Origin: Bulinus truncatus
Taxonomy: Eukaryota
Reading direction: 5' to 3'
Length of the DNA stretch: 64,000 nucleotides
Assembly (NCBI GenBank): GCA_021962125.1
Contig: JAGDYQ010000002.1
Location: 20,986,893 to 21,050,892, forward strand
Shown here in pieces: positions 33,594 through 44,584 of the stretch; position 1 is the first letter of the stretch, and each line of letters starts with the position of its first letter. Position numbers and translations under genes: made by a program. The notes under the pieces were generated by a model. The model was not told the DNA's origin, searched no databases, and saw only the letters and a list, made by a program, of their open reading frames with translations.

Positions 33594-33627
33594 GTATGGA
33601 GTATACATAGAAATCGTTGAGCACTAC

Positions 33628-33716
33628 AGTTATTATTATCTGTTCCTTGATCTGAAATACACTATCATTACAGTTATTATTATCTGTCCCTTGATCTGAA
33701 ATACACTATCGTTAAT
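33628..33716. repeat. 44-bp tandem duplication
   Basis: agttattattatctgt.ccttgatctgaaatacactatc x2. Confidence 0.8.
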
Positions 33717-33749
33717 CTGTGACCACAATTTTTCTTTTTAATTCTATAG

Positions 33750-33918
33750 TTATCCCCGCCTGGAATGGCAACAGGCCATCAATGAGCCCTCAGATTCCCT
33801 GCCATGCAGAGATGCTCAATCTCTTTGTTGGGCTGACTCGTCTGTCCCTCATGTGGTCTGGCTGAACAAGCCAGAGACAGCGAGCCAGTGCTACATGACA
33901 TTGTCCAACTTTAAACTT
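33750..33918 (+). CDS. TEP1: TEP1-like exon 33 (YPRLEWQQAINEPSDSLPCRDAQSLCWADSSVPHVVWLNKPETASQCYMTLSNFKL)
   Basis: ORF 33853..34068 frame; acceptor attctatag|, donor |gtaagt. Confidence 0.75.
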
Positions 33919-34296
33919 GTAAGTAAAGTCGATGAAATAAGAAACTCACATGACTGGTTGCACTTAATATCTACTGCCATTTTCAATGAGCTTTTGGACT
34001 CCTCTTTGTGTTTCGATATTTTATGCAAGCTTTGCACTTACTTTAAATTATTTGTTTTAGCTAGATAATTTTAAATTTATTATTACTTACTGAAGGCCAT
34101 TCATACATCTACATGTACAGTGATTTATTTCAAGTCCATTCTCAAAATACATGTATTTGGGACTTGTTAAAAAAGAATTTTTTTTTTTTTTAAATGTTTC
34201 TTTTTTCTCTGTTGTTTGCTATTTATATTTATAATAGAACTTTTTTATTCTGTGTATAATTTACTTTTTCTTTTATTTCATTATTGCCCTGTTTAG

Positions 34297-34392
34297 CCAG
34301 TAACAAGTGTGGTCATCTCCCCTGATAGTTCAAAATTCGCTACAGGTGCTCAAGATTTGCTTGTCAGACTTTATGACATGGCAACTGGGAAG
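34297..34392 (+). CDS. TEP1: TEP1-like exon 34, WD40 (PVTSVVISPDSSKFATGAQDLLVRLYDMATGK)
   Basis: Acceptor ctgtttag|, donor |gttagt. Confidence 0.8.
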
Positions 34393-34671
34393 GTTAGTCT
34401 GAACTTTTGCACTCCTCATTATCTCAGGTTGCAGTGGTAGGTTTATTCATCTTGTCTTAGATGATTACTCACTTAATTGGAATAAATTAGGCCATAACTA
34501 TGTATTTTCATATTCATTTATTATGTAAACATGTATTATGTTTTTAAAAAAGGAATCATTCTTTTGGTATTTTTTTCCCTCTTTTCAGTAAATTTTAAAA
34601 TGCTTTGAAAAGTTTATTTCAAAATACTGAATATCTCTTATCATTTATACTATTAAAAAATAATAATTCAG

Positions 34672-34796
34672 GAGCTTCGTTTCTTTACTGGACACGCTGA
34701 TGAAGTAACAGACGTCTGTTTTGTTGGAAACAATTTGTTGTGTAGTGCTTCCATGGACTCTACCCTTTGTATCTGGGATGTAGAAAATGGACACAG
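34672..34796 (+). CDS. TEP1: TEP1-like exon 35, WD40 (ELRFFTGHADEVTDVCFVGNNLLCSASMDSTLCIWDVENGH)
   Basis: Acceptor taattcag|, donor |gtaaat. Confidence 0.85.
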
Positions 34797-35171
34797 GTAA
34801 ATTAATAATTTGTTTATTGATTTCATTTTTGCCATAATATTTTTCACTATCTTCAGGTGTGCCCTCTTGCATTCATTTTTTTCAGACATGTCTAAAATAT
34901 GTAAAGATATAAATTTCATCACATTAGCTTCACGTTTATCACTTTTATCATTTAAACAATCTTAAAACTATCATCTGTGGCGACACTGTGGTTGTTAGAC
35001 TGTTAGGCTGAGAACCTTGTCAAATTGCCAAATTTAAAATAAAAAAGTTGAGATCTTATTTATCCTTATGGGATCTAGAATGATAATGATTAAAAAAAAA
35101 TTTTTTTTTGCAATTAGTCGACCTTTGTAGTAAAAACATCATGTTTAAAGTTTGATAATATACATTGCCAG

Positions 35172-35321
35172 GCTGCAAACTCTGAAAGGTCACAATCGAA
35201 AAGTCGCCTCCTGTGCTTCTGATGCTCAAGGAAAACTGGTTGCGTCTGGTGGCTGGGACTGTTTTGTGTTTGTGTGGAAGGCAGCCAATGGAGAAAAAAT
35301 GTGTGATTTTAATGTTGGAAG
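35172..35321 (+). CDS. TEP1: TEP1-like exon 36, WD40 (LQTLKGHNRKVASCASDAQGKLVASGGWDCFVFVWKAANGEKMCDFNVG)
   Basis: Acceptor cattgccag|, donor |gtaaga. Confidence 0.85.
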
Positions 35322-35512
35322 GTAAGAGTGAGAAAATGATAGGTCATTTAAAGTCCAATAAAAATATCAGAATAATTTTAAAATAGCTTTAAAGAAACAT
35401 GTAACGTTCAATTGGTATTGTTGTTGACTTAAGATTAGATCTAAGTGAACTGTTCAGTCTTACGTATAGCATGCTTGATATTGAATTAAATCTGAAAAAA
35501 AAATCTTTCTAG

Positions 35513-35618
35513 CCCAGTGAACTGTGTTGACTTTCACCCTACTGAGGAGCAGATAGTTGTTGGCAGCTGGGACTCACTGATCCGTATATACAACTACTTT
35601 CACAAGACTCGGATAGCT
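35513..35618 (+). CDS. TEP1: TEP1-like exon 37, WD40 (PVNCVDFHPTEEQIVVGSWDSLIRIYNYFHKTRIA)
   Basis: Acceptor tctttctag|, donor |gtaggt. Confidence 0.8.
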
Positions 35619-35756
35619 GTAGGTCCAAACTGGCATCTTGTGTTTGTGAAACATATTTTTTTTTAAGTGTAATTCATTTACTAGATGCTATCTGTTATGG
35701 TTTTGATGGTGAAATATTCTTGAACTTAATTTTTAATGAGCATTATTTTTCTCCAG

Positions 35757-35876
35757 ATTCTTCGTGGTCATAGTACCTCTGTTCGTGACATTGCATATTC
35801 TGTGGATGGAAGACACCTAGCATCTGCTGCACTTGATGGGGACATCAAAATTTGGGCAGCTGATAAGGGATCTCAG
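35757..35876 (+). CDS. TEP1: TEP1-like exon 38, WD40 (ILRGHSTSVRDIAYSVDGRHLASAALDGDIKIWAADKGSQ)
   Basis: Acceptor tttctccag|, donor |gtagaa. Confidence 0.85.
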
Positions 35877-35970
35877 GTAGAAATTTAACACCTAAGAAAA
35901 ATAATTGTTTCCGGTCTTAAAAATTTGCAGAGTAGTCTAAGTTTGTCTAATCAATTCCAATCACATGCAG

Positions 35971-36069
35971 GTTGGTAGCATCAAAGGTCACTGTGGACCA
36001 ATCAGCAAACTGACCTTTTCACCAAGTGGTGGAGAGCTGATAACTGCTGGGGAAGACCACCAAATAAAG
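35971..36069 (+). CDS. TEP1: TEP1-like exon 39, WD40 (VGSIKGHCGPISKLTFSPSGGELITAGEDHQIK)
   Basis: Acceptor cacatgcag|, donor |gtatta. Confidence 0.85.
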
Positions 36070-36299
36070 GTATTACACATTAACATTTTTTTTTAGTTTT
36101 TAAGTTATCTTATTCCTTAGATCAGTGTTTGAACATTTTTTTTTCGCCCTCATATCTTCTTTTTAAAAAAAATCCTCACCCATTTTCTTTAAAAAAAAAA
36201 TTTCTTTTAACAAATAATTTCAGTTTTTAATCTTTTCTGATATGGTGTTGAAATCATTTGAGATCTCTCATACTATATACATTTCATGTGATTGTTCAG

Positions 36300-36447
36300 G
36301 TGTGGTCTGGTGAGCTGGGTATTCCTCTTCACAAACTACACACAACTAAATTTGGAGCAGCAGTCTCTGTCGCCATTGCCCCAGATGGACGCTCAGTCGC
36401 TGTCGGTTATCATTTAGGCACAGTTCGTGTTTACGATCTCAACACTG
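36300..36447 (+). CDS. TEP1: TEP1-like exon 40, WD40 (VWSGELGIPLHKLHTTKFGAAVSVAIAPDGRSVAVGYHLGTVRVYDLNT)
   Basis: ORF 36258..36482; acceptor attgttcag|, donor |gtaatt. Confidence 0.85.
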
Positions 36448-36718
36448 GTAATTGTTGCACAAATGGCTTTAATTCTATATAAAATTACCGCATATATTAT
36501 TCATACCTAAATATAATATTGTGAAATATTTTTGAAATAAATATTGTCATTAAATAAATCAGAAGTCTAATTTTTTATTGTCTTGCCAAATAAAAAAAAA
36601 ATATCCAAAATATCTTTTATTTCAGAGACTTATTATCTTTCATTAGTGTGTCATTAAAACAAATATGGGCAAATAATTATTGTAACAAGTAAAAGTAAAC
36701 GTTGATTGGTTGTTCCAG

Positions 36719-36825
36719 GTGTCAAGATGTTTGAAGTCAGGTTAAGTCCTTGTGCTGTCAGAGCCGTCACTTTCTCCAAAGACGGATCTTACATTTTATG
36801 CGGCAGTGATGATAATACAGTGCAG
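36719..36825 (+). CDS. TEP1: TEP1-like exon 41, WD40 (VKMFEVRLSPCAVRAVTFSKDGSYILCGSDDNTVQ)
   Basis: ORF 36706..36888; acceptor tgttccag|, donor |gtgata. Confidence 0.85.
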
Positions 36826-37234
36826 GTGATAACTTGTTATTTTTTTTTACTGACACTTTGGGCTTCATGTAGAATATTATTTGTATGAGGTGTTAAATCA
36901 ACATTTCCCATACAAAACACTGGTAACATGATGAAAAGTGACTACGTTTTCTCACAGTCTTAGTGAGATAATTGATTTTTAATTACCCAAGGTGGCCCTT
37001 TTTTAAACTGTCATCCTTTTTTTTTTTTTATTCACATCCCATTCATGATTCACAATGTTAAAAAAGTTGGCATGGATAAGCATAACTATTTTACAATTCT
37101 TGAATTTGTGATTGACTGAGCACATTGTAAAACCTCTTGATATGTGTAACTCTTAACATGGAGAAAGTAGAAATGTATCGCTCAGTCTCAGCTAGGGCAT
37201 TTGTCAAACCTTTTGTTTTTATTTTTTATATTAG

Positions 37235-37392
37235 GCTTTGGAAAGTGGCCAAGGATCCAAAGTTTGTGCTTTGATGGGACACAGTAAACCTGTTCTGTGC
37301 GTTGAGACGAGCAAATCTTATGTGGCAAGTGGAAGTGAGGACTTCACATGTTGTCTTTATGATGATATTCGTCGGCTGAAGAGTTCTAAGCA
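37235..37392 (+). CDS. TEP1: TEP1-like exon 42, WD40 (ALESGQGSKVCALMGHSKPVLCVETSKSYVASGSEDFTCCLYDDIRRLKSSK)
   Basis: Acceptor tatattag|; donor CA|gtaatt gives phase 2, matching exon 43. Confidence 0.75.
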
Positions 37393-37494
37393 GTAATTTT
37401 AATATTTTTTTTTTGCAGTCCTGCTATTTTTTTTTATAATCCAGTGTTAAGTCTGTGACCTAAGTTGAGAAAAAATTGTGATCCTTCGACTTTT

Positions 37495-37640
37495 ATTTGA
37501 CTTTTATAGGATTTTTTACCAAGTCTGAGGGACGGGTTGTCGAGCAGTGTAGAGCACTGATTGTTGACCTGAGAGTCCTTGGTTCAAACCCTTCACATTC
37601 TGTGGATACAGAAACTGATGAATTCTACACTTCATCTATC
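37495..37640 (+). mobile_element. tRNA-derived SINE, family copy 3 (plus)
   Basis: gggttgtcgagcagtgtagagcactgattgttgacctgagagtccttggttcaaaccc; ggttcaaaccc T-loop; reverse-complement match to the 39.68-kb copy. Confidence 0.7.
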
Positions 37641-37814
37641 CCAATAGCCCATTAAGAACTAAGGGAACTTTAATTTTTTTTTTTATAACCAAGTCTATAG
37701 AACGTTAAAACATTTTTTATTTTTCAATGAGCAATGGGGTTTCAAAATAATTCAGTTTATCAGATGACACCTTTTCTGCCTTTTTTTCACTTCGGATGTT
37801 TATTTTCTTTTCAG

Positions 37815-37914
37815 GGCTAAACCTGGCTGTGTTCTGAAAGGTCATATTGGCCCAGTTACCGCCTGCTCTATAAATTTAGATGAAACTTTGTTGGCAACAG
37901 CTAGCAGAGATGCT
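37815..37914 (+). CDS. TEP1: TEP1-like exon 43, WD40 (AKPGCVLKGHIGPVTACSINLDETLLATASRDA)
   Basis: Acceptor cttttcag|, donor |gtaagg. Confidence 0.8.
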
Positions 37915-38035
37915 GTAAGGATTTGTTCTTTTTTTTTAAAATGTTTTTTGTTAAATAAATGTTTGTTATTTGATACATTTACACAGTTTCGGTCATTTCT
38001 CTATCATATATCTGAAAATTATTCCTTCCCCACAG

Positions 38036-38161
38036 AGTGTTAGAATCTACAATTTAAAAGACGCCTTTATTTCCAGTGATCCACAACCAGTACAGATACT
38101 GGCAGCCTGCCATGCTGACTGGATCAATTCAGCCCACTGGTCCAACACAGGAAACTTTCTG
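38036..38161 (+). CDS. TEP1: TEP1-like exon 44, WD40 (SVRIYNLKDAFISSDPQPVQILAACHADWINSAHWSNTGNFL)
   Basis: ORF 37970..38206; acceptor ccccacag|, donor |gtacag. Confidence 0.85.
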
Positions 38162-38400
38162 GTACAGACAATTATTTTTTTTTTTGGTAGATCGATGAAA
38201 AAATGAAAAAGATTTTTTTTGTTTGGTCAAAAGATTTTGATGTTTTATTTAATTTCCTGTTTGTAAAGTTACTGTTATAGACGGTTTCCTTATAAAACAA
38301 ATTTGTTAAAGTAAAAATCTTTTTTCGTCTTGTTTAAAATATTTTTACATTATTTTTTGAGCTGTTTTTTTATGTGGGCATTTAAAATGATTTTCAAAAT

Positions 38401-38455
38401 TAATTTGCCCCCCCCCCCCCCCCCCAATTCAGTGGGGGTGGAGGGGTGGGGGGTG
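38401..38455. repeat. C18 homopolymer followed by a G-rich run (gggggtggaggggtgggggg)
   Basis: Direct reading; the two runs are self-complementary. Confidence 0.9.
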
Positions 38456-38505
38456 ATGAGCCAATTTATTTGATTTTATTACAATTTGTTTGTTTTCCCA
38501 ATTAG

Positions 38506-38613
38506 GTGACTGCCTCTAATGATTTCAACCTGAAATTGTGGGACATTAAAAATGGAGCAGAGAAACTCCTTCTGTCAGGACATACATCAGCAGTCAACTG
38601 TGTCACATATAAG
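38506..38613 (+). CDS. TEP1: TEP1-like exon 45, WD40 (VTASNDFNLKLWDIKNGAEKLLLSGHTSAVNCVTYK)
   Basis: Acceptor cccaattag|, donor |gtgaaa. Confidence 0.85.
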
Positions 38614-38900
38614 GTGAAATATAGAAAGCTAAAAAAAAATCATCACTTCAAAATGGCTTTAGCTTATATCATAATGATTTCTTAATCAACTTTAAATGGT
38701 TTACATGAGAAAAAAAAATGAGCTTTAAAAGTTGGGAATCCAAAGTATTTTTTGTTTTAATTTTCAGTTTAAAACACACAAACAAAAAAAAAAATAAAAA
38801 AAATTTTCTTTCCAATTTCTTGGTCACAATATTTGATTTGATTTTAGTTGATTCTTGTTATGTAAATTTAAATTGAAAACTTTGGCGAACATATTTATAG

Positions 38901-39042
38901 TATGGCTGTATAGTATCGGGCAGCAGTGATGGTAATGTTCGAGTCTGGACCCACAAAGGAGTTTCCATCACAACGCTGGTCGGCCATTCACTACGGGTCA
39001 ACGCCTGCGATATGTTTGTGAAGTGCAAGTCAAAAGCTGCTG
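38901..39042 (+). CDS. TEP1: TEP1-like exon 46, WD40 (YGCIVSGSSDGNVRVWTHKGVSITTLVGHSLRVNACDMFVKCKSKAA)
   Basis: Acceptor atatttatag|, donor |gtatgt; phase 0 in, 1 out. Confidence 0.75.
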
Positions 39043-39194
39043 GTATGTAGAATTATTTTTTACACAGCACTCAAAATATCTTTTATTTTATCCGTAAATT
39101 AAATGCTTTTAAAATCCTTTTTGAAACATTTTTCTATGATAATAGATATTAGACCAATAAAAAAGAAAGAGATTCTGATAGGTGTTATAAAGAT

Positions 39195-39430
39195 AATTCT
39201 TAACCACACGTACAATGATTTCTCACTCTGGTAGTGCATTATAGTCAGTGAGGTAAAACGCTCAGTTTGAAGGGTCTGAGTTCAATCTCCAGCGAGACCC
39301 AAGTGAATTTTTCAGGTCATGATGAAAATCACCTTTCATGCCTCCTGTAGTACAGTATCAGTTATGGTGGAGATGAAAGAAGGCACTACAAAAACAGTCC
39401 CATGGTGGTGTATAGGATCTAAGGGAGAAA
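39195..39430 (+). mobile_element. tRNA-derived SINE, family copy 4 (plus); forms an inverted pair with copy 5
   Basis: ggtagtgcattatagtcagtgaggtaaaacgctcagtttgaagggtctgagttcaatctccagcgagacccaagtgaatttttcaggtc. Confidence 0.7.
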
Positions 39431-39499
39431 AACATCTCAACCTTACAGGGACTTCACAGATATATAGCCAATGGTGATTTAGTTTCTCTGCCTGCTATT

Positions 39500-39745
39500 T
39501 GCTGTTACATTCGTCTTTTTTTCTGTAACCTCGGCATTGAAGGGATTGTGTGGTTAGCACAACCCCCAGCCGCCTTTACTTCCCCAACTTAAGTCAGGAT
39601 CACCCAATTTAAAGCTGGGTGGACTTGAGGGACTTGAACCAACTTTCACCAGGACCTGGAAAATTCCCTTGGTTCTCACTGAGGATTGAACCCAGGACTC
39701 TCAGGTCGACAGTCGAGCACTAATTGACCATCCATCACTCTTGTA
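39500..39745 (-). mobile_element. tRNA-derived SINE, family copy 5 (minus)
   Basis: ..ggaaaattcccttggttctcactgaggattgaacccaggactctcaggtcgacagtcgagcactaattgaccatcc. Confidence 0.75.
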
Positions 39746-40620
39746 TCAAATTTGTAGCAGCTGCTTTTGGAGCAGAAGAGTCTCCCAGCACTTGTATTAT
39801 CTCACTTATAGGGAGGTTGTTCTTATGGTCGTCATTGAGATTTGCACTAGCATCTTGCACTAGACGAATAAGACTTAAATACCCAAGACAACCTGTCAAT
39901 CATTTTTGGCAAGCCTATTTGAGGAAAACAGTTACATGTATCAAAGTTTCTTACATTAAAAAACAAATAAGCGGTTGTGGAGACTTTTCCCACACAAACT
40001 GAAATGGGCTATAGATACTGGTGACCGAAGTGGTGGGGTAAACATTTAAGACTGGTCACACGGGGACAATATCATTAGGCGATGGCAGCCAGAAATGTAT
40101 TCTACCCATATAAAAGTATAACATGGTAATTTGATACCATGGGAATGCAGTGACTGGAAACATGCTAGTCACTGGTGGGGGGGATAGAGAAAGTATTGAG
40201 AGCAAACAAAATAGTGGGCGTGGTTTTGTAAAGTCCACTACTTTTTGGCCCAGACAGCCACAGTGAGTACATTTATAGAGTTCACTAAAGATACGAAAAT
40301 GACAATAGCACATTGAGGCAGAGAATAGATTAGTCAGAGTATTTTATTAAGAATAGACGGCAGTAGTAATAGACAGACAGCAGTAGAAATACTTTGGAGT
40401 AAAGACATATAAATCCAGGATGGGTGTATTTTGATTTTACATGAGCCTGATTTATTGAACATATAGGAGTATAAATAAGTATATATTGTGCATCAAAAGT
40501 ACAGAGCCTGCCTTTTTATTTTGACGTATCTATTAATCCACCTTACAGACAATTATAATAAAAAATCCATTCCTGAACAGCTGCATATTTTTAAGAATTT
40601 TTTAAATTTTCATAAATCAG

Positions 40621-40796
40621 ATGATGTTGAAGCTAAAGAGGAGCTAAGCTGGGCAGAGATGGCAGCTATGGAAACAGATGAATACGGCACAGAAGGGAAA
40701 AAATCAACCCTGAAAAAGGGGGATGTCGACATGCAAGATGTTATAGTGGCCTCCGCTGGAGATGATGGCGATGTTTGGATTTGGAGACCTCTGCAG
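40621..40796 (+). CDS. TEP1: TEP1-like exon 47 (DVEAKEELSWAEMAAMETDEYGTEGKKSTLKKGDVDMQDVIVASAGDDGDVWIWRPLQ)
   Basis: ORF 40488..40829 frame; acceptor cataaatcag| selected by phase 1; donor |gtaaaa. Confidence 0.65.
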
Positions 40797-41514
40797 GTAA
40801 AAGACATGTTTACAAATTCAGACCCATGAATGATGCAAGTCACCATCATCTCAGTTTCTATGTTGTGACCGCTTTAGACTGTAGCATATGACCTTTTGGC
40901 CTCATTGATGACTAAATCAAATCAAGACGTGTGAAATATTTCCTCACGATTATTAAACTCCCTATGGTGTTTAATTTTTTGAGAAAAATGACCTTGTTAG
41001 AGATTTTGTAATTGATTGATTTGAGCTTTGCAAACTCATTTTTATTGAGGATTAGATCATATAAATGCAAAAAAAAAATACATATCTTGTAGGTGAAATA
41101 GAGTGCATACAGGCAAGGATTAGTGTTATTGAATTGGGTACAAAGAGGAAAGGGAGAATTTATTATTTTTAGACAGATGTTATCAGACAATGAACATAGG
41201 TAGTGCTTGAGCTGAAGAGTTCTAATTACAAAGCGTTGTTAAAGTGATTTTTGATGAACTTGTATTTGGTGAAGGAACTGTACATTAAACAGTGGTGACT
41301 CTTGACTTTTAGCTTCTTGTAGTAATTTCATTTAAGAGACTTTTTCTGTGTCCACTTTTGAGGACTTTGACTGTGTCACTTATTTATTATAACTGTGACT
41401 GTGTGTATTGGTTTATCATCTTCAAAGCTTTTATACAACTCAGTGATCATAAGAAAGCTTTGTAATATCCCTGGTTGTCCTGCATCATTCTAATGGTTTC
41501 GTCCTCTCCAACAG

Positions 41515-41720
41515 GCCAACAGCCTGGCCTGTCTGACTGGACATTCTGATCGAGTCCTCTCTGTTGACATCGACCAGCACAGACACATCGCCAGCACTTC
41601 TCTGGACTGCTCTGTCCGGCTGTGGCAGCCTACCTTCAAGGATGAGACGAGATCTCAGAGACACGACAGCCCTGTGACTTTTATAAGTGTGGCCGGCAAC
41701 TTGGCCCTGTCAGGCAGCAG
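41515..41720 (+). CDS. TEP1: TEP1-like exon 48, WD40 (ANSLACLTGHSDRVLSVDIDQHRHIASTSLDCSVRLWQPTFKDETRSQRHDSPVTFISVAGNLALSGS)
   Basis: Acceptor ctccaacag|, donor |gttagt. Confidence 0.85.
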
Positions 41721-42051
41721 GTTAGTGAGACACCCGTGTAATGCAAATATTTTGTGGATGGTGAATAAATCAATGATAGTGATGTTTTCTGTCCTTTGAT
41801 ATTTTTCTGCCCCATTTCTTCATTTAACTGTTTTTGTTTTACCTAGTTAAAAAGAATTGTAGCTGACAATTGTAACCCTTTAAAGTTTTATTTAGCCTAT
41901 AAACAAATAATTCTGGCCAGGTTCCTGTAGAGCCAAAGGAATAAGAAGATAAACAAATAATTGAAAAAGTGTATAAAGATATGAAACAGTTAAAGTTAAC
42001 TGTTTACATTATGAAATCTCTACAAACATTAATATTACAAAAATTTTATAT

Positions 42052-43768
42052 CTATTAGGGTGGTGCTTAAAAATAAAAATATAGAATTTTTGCTGTCTTA
42101 CCCTCTGAAAGTGTTTCTGTCCGTGTAAAAACATTATAAAAAAAAATTTGACCTTCTTTTTCTCATCATTTAGAGGTAGCTCAATGATGTGAAAGTTGAT
42201 AAGAAAGTAAAGTTATTGTGAAAAACAAAACACGTTGACTTTTATTATGATTTGATCGTTGAGTCATCTAAATGCAATTAACGCTCAACGTTCGTAGCAT
42301 TGACTTTTCGACCACCGGTGGGCGACAATTTTTTGTATGTTATATTTTTACTTTTGGTCAATTTTTTAAAATGTTTTATTATATATGCGCAACGCCGACC
42401 CTGGGATACAGTGGCAAAGAAAAATAGATTTTTTATTTTTGTAAAAATGTGGTACTTGGTAAAATATTCCAAGTTTGGGTTGAAAAAAGACATAATGCAC
42501 TAGGAATCTTTGTCGCTGTGGCTCCCTTTTTTGACAAAATGGCAAAAAAAAAGGGAGTGCTTCGCGCGTATTTGAGGCCAGGCTGTTTGGTGACTAAACG
42601 TGATTTCTTGGTAAAAGTGAAATTTGGTGATTTTTTAATATGGGAGTGGTAGGCAAAAGTGATCAACTTTTAAATAAGTATAATATGCTTAGAAAAACAA
42701 ATAAATGGTGGAAAACTTTATTTTTTTATTCATTTAAATGCGTTTCCTGTAACTTATAATAATAGAGAAATTTTAATGATCAATTTTGTCTTGTCTAACA
42801 TTGTGTGAAAATTATATGTCTTTTTTTCACTCTATAGGCATCAGTCCTGTTTTTTTTTCCCATTTCTATAGTATCATTTAAAGTTGAATAAAAAAAAATT
42901 ATCATAATTTTACGTCCAAATTTATGTATGTGTTGTACAAATGAATAATGTTTATGTAAATAATAAAGATTTTGTTTAAATTCTTCATACTTTTTTTTTA
43001 TTCTTGCTGTTTGTGATATATTTGTATTTTTAGTTAAAAAAAATAATTTAAAAAAATCATTTACACTATAATTTTACAAAATTATAAATTTCTATTATAT
43101 CAAAAGTTTTATATCATTAAATAGCTTATTCAATTCTAAATTCAATGATGTATAACTTCAATAGGTAGCTTATAACATAATGAAAAATGCCTAGTTTTAC
43201 AAAACACCCTGCAATCAGCTTAAAAGAATGGCCGAAAATGAACAACAGTTGAGAGTTAATACAAGTTAAACACACTATTACTGCTTGGTAAATGAGTAAA
43301 TGTAAATGAAATTAAATGTAAATGTAAAAATTTAGTAAAAGAGTTAAAAAAAACGTTTGAAGAAAAATGTTATTGGCTGCTAAATTATGAAACTGCTATC
43401 GCTGCAAGTGTCTCCTTCTTGCTGTTAGGATACATATCTCGATGTTTCTGGACAACCTGTAGTAGAAACTGAAGTTGTGACTCACCATCATGTGTCGTCA
43501 ACCTTGTGAATTCCTGAATAAGGGCAATTGTAACTTGTATTAATTGAATTTAGTTGAATCAATGATCAAATAATAATAAAAGTCCACGTGTTTCATTTTT
43601 CGCAATAACTTGACTTTCTTATCAACTTTCACATCATTGAGCTACCTCTAAATGATGAGATAAGAAGATCAAATTTTTTTTGTAATGTTTTTTACACGGA
43701 CAGAAACACTTTCAGAGGGTAAGACAGCAAAAAAATTCAATATTTTTATTTTTAAGCACCACCCTAAT
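42052..43768. mobile_element. MULE-like non-autonomous DNA transposon (~1.7 kb) with ~250-bp TIRs and a putative 9-bp TSD ATATCTATT, in a TEP1 intron
   Basis: Left end agggtggtgcttaaaaataaaaatat..tgtccgtgtaaaaacatt..gatgtgaaagttgataagaaagt is the reverse complement of 43560-43768; flanks ..tatatctatt|agggtgg and ccaccct|aatatctatt. Confidence 0.7.
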
Positions 43769-43849
43769 ATCTATTTATCATGTGTTCTGAATTGTATCTT
43801 TGGAAAATAAAATTCACACAATAAAATACAACTTCATTCATATTTTTAG

Positions 43850-43916
43850 AGATGGTGTGGTGAAGATCTGGAAGAAAGAGGCTGATAATCATTTCCAGCT
43901 GAAGCACAGTTACCAA
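43850..43916 (+). CDS. TEP1: TEP1-like exon 49 (DGVVKIWKKEADNHFQLKHSYQ)
   Basis: Acceptor tatttttag|, donor |gtaagc; completes the WD repeat begun in exon 48. Confidence 0.8.
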
Positions 43917-44079
43917 GTAAGCAAAATTAAAAATGTTAAAGTCTGTTTGTGCCATAAAGTGTTGAAATAATTGAAAGATGGTTTAGGTGTCGTCGTGATG
44001 ACATATAATAAAAATTGCTGATAAAATGCATATTTAATTTTTGTAGTTATACATGCATTATTATTTTTTTTCCTTTTAG

Positions 44080-44207
44080 GCTCATGAGAAATCTGTCAAT
44101 TGCGGAAGTTTTGAATCCCATTGTGCCGATAAATTTACCACAGGCGGCGATGATAACTTTATTCACATTTGGGAAATAATCGATCGTAAAGATGGTTTTT
44201 ATGTGAG
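44080..44207 (+). CDS. TEP1: TEP1-like exon 50, WD40 (AHEKSVNCGSFESHCADKFTTGGDDNFIHIWEIIDRKDGFYV)
   Basis: Acceptor tccttttag|, donor |gtaaag. Confidence 0.85.
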
Positions 44208-44347
44208 GTAAAGTTTTTTTCGCTGTGAGTTAAAATTAGAATTGAGTTAGTGCTTTAACCTGAATTAAATTAAGTTTTGTGACTTCGAAGATAACTCTCT
44301 TTGATTTCAAAGATAACTCTCTTCATGATTTTTATCAAAATGTGTAG

Positions 44348-44485
44348 AAAACAAAACAGTTTTGAGACAGACATGCCGGTGGCTGCTATATCATTAAGCT
44401 GGAATGCTGGTCAGTACATGTACACAACTTGGAGTGGTGCAGTTTTCCTTGTCGGCGGCAAGACGCCACCAAAGTTCATCTACAG
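44348..44485 (+). CDS. TEP1: TEP1-like exon 51 (KQNSFETDMPVAAISLSWNAGQYMYTTWSGAVFLVGGKTPPKFIY)
   Basis: ORF 44301..44489 frame; acceptor atgtgtag|, donor |gtaaat. Confidence 0.75.
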
Positions 44486-44584
44486 GTAAATTAGAAGTGT
44501 ATTTTTGTTATGCCATCCAAACACTTTGGTCAAAATTTTTAATTGTAAAAATGCTATTATTATTATTTTTTTTTTGTTGAAAAG

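Noticed and set aside
42278-42666. Short ORFs on both strands inside the MULE-like element as transposase
   Set aside because: 67-77 aa peptides that are low-complexity with no DDE or zinc-finger motifs. The element is judged non-autonomous.
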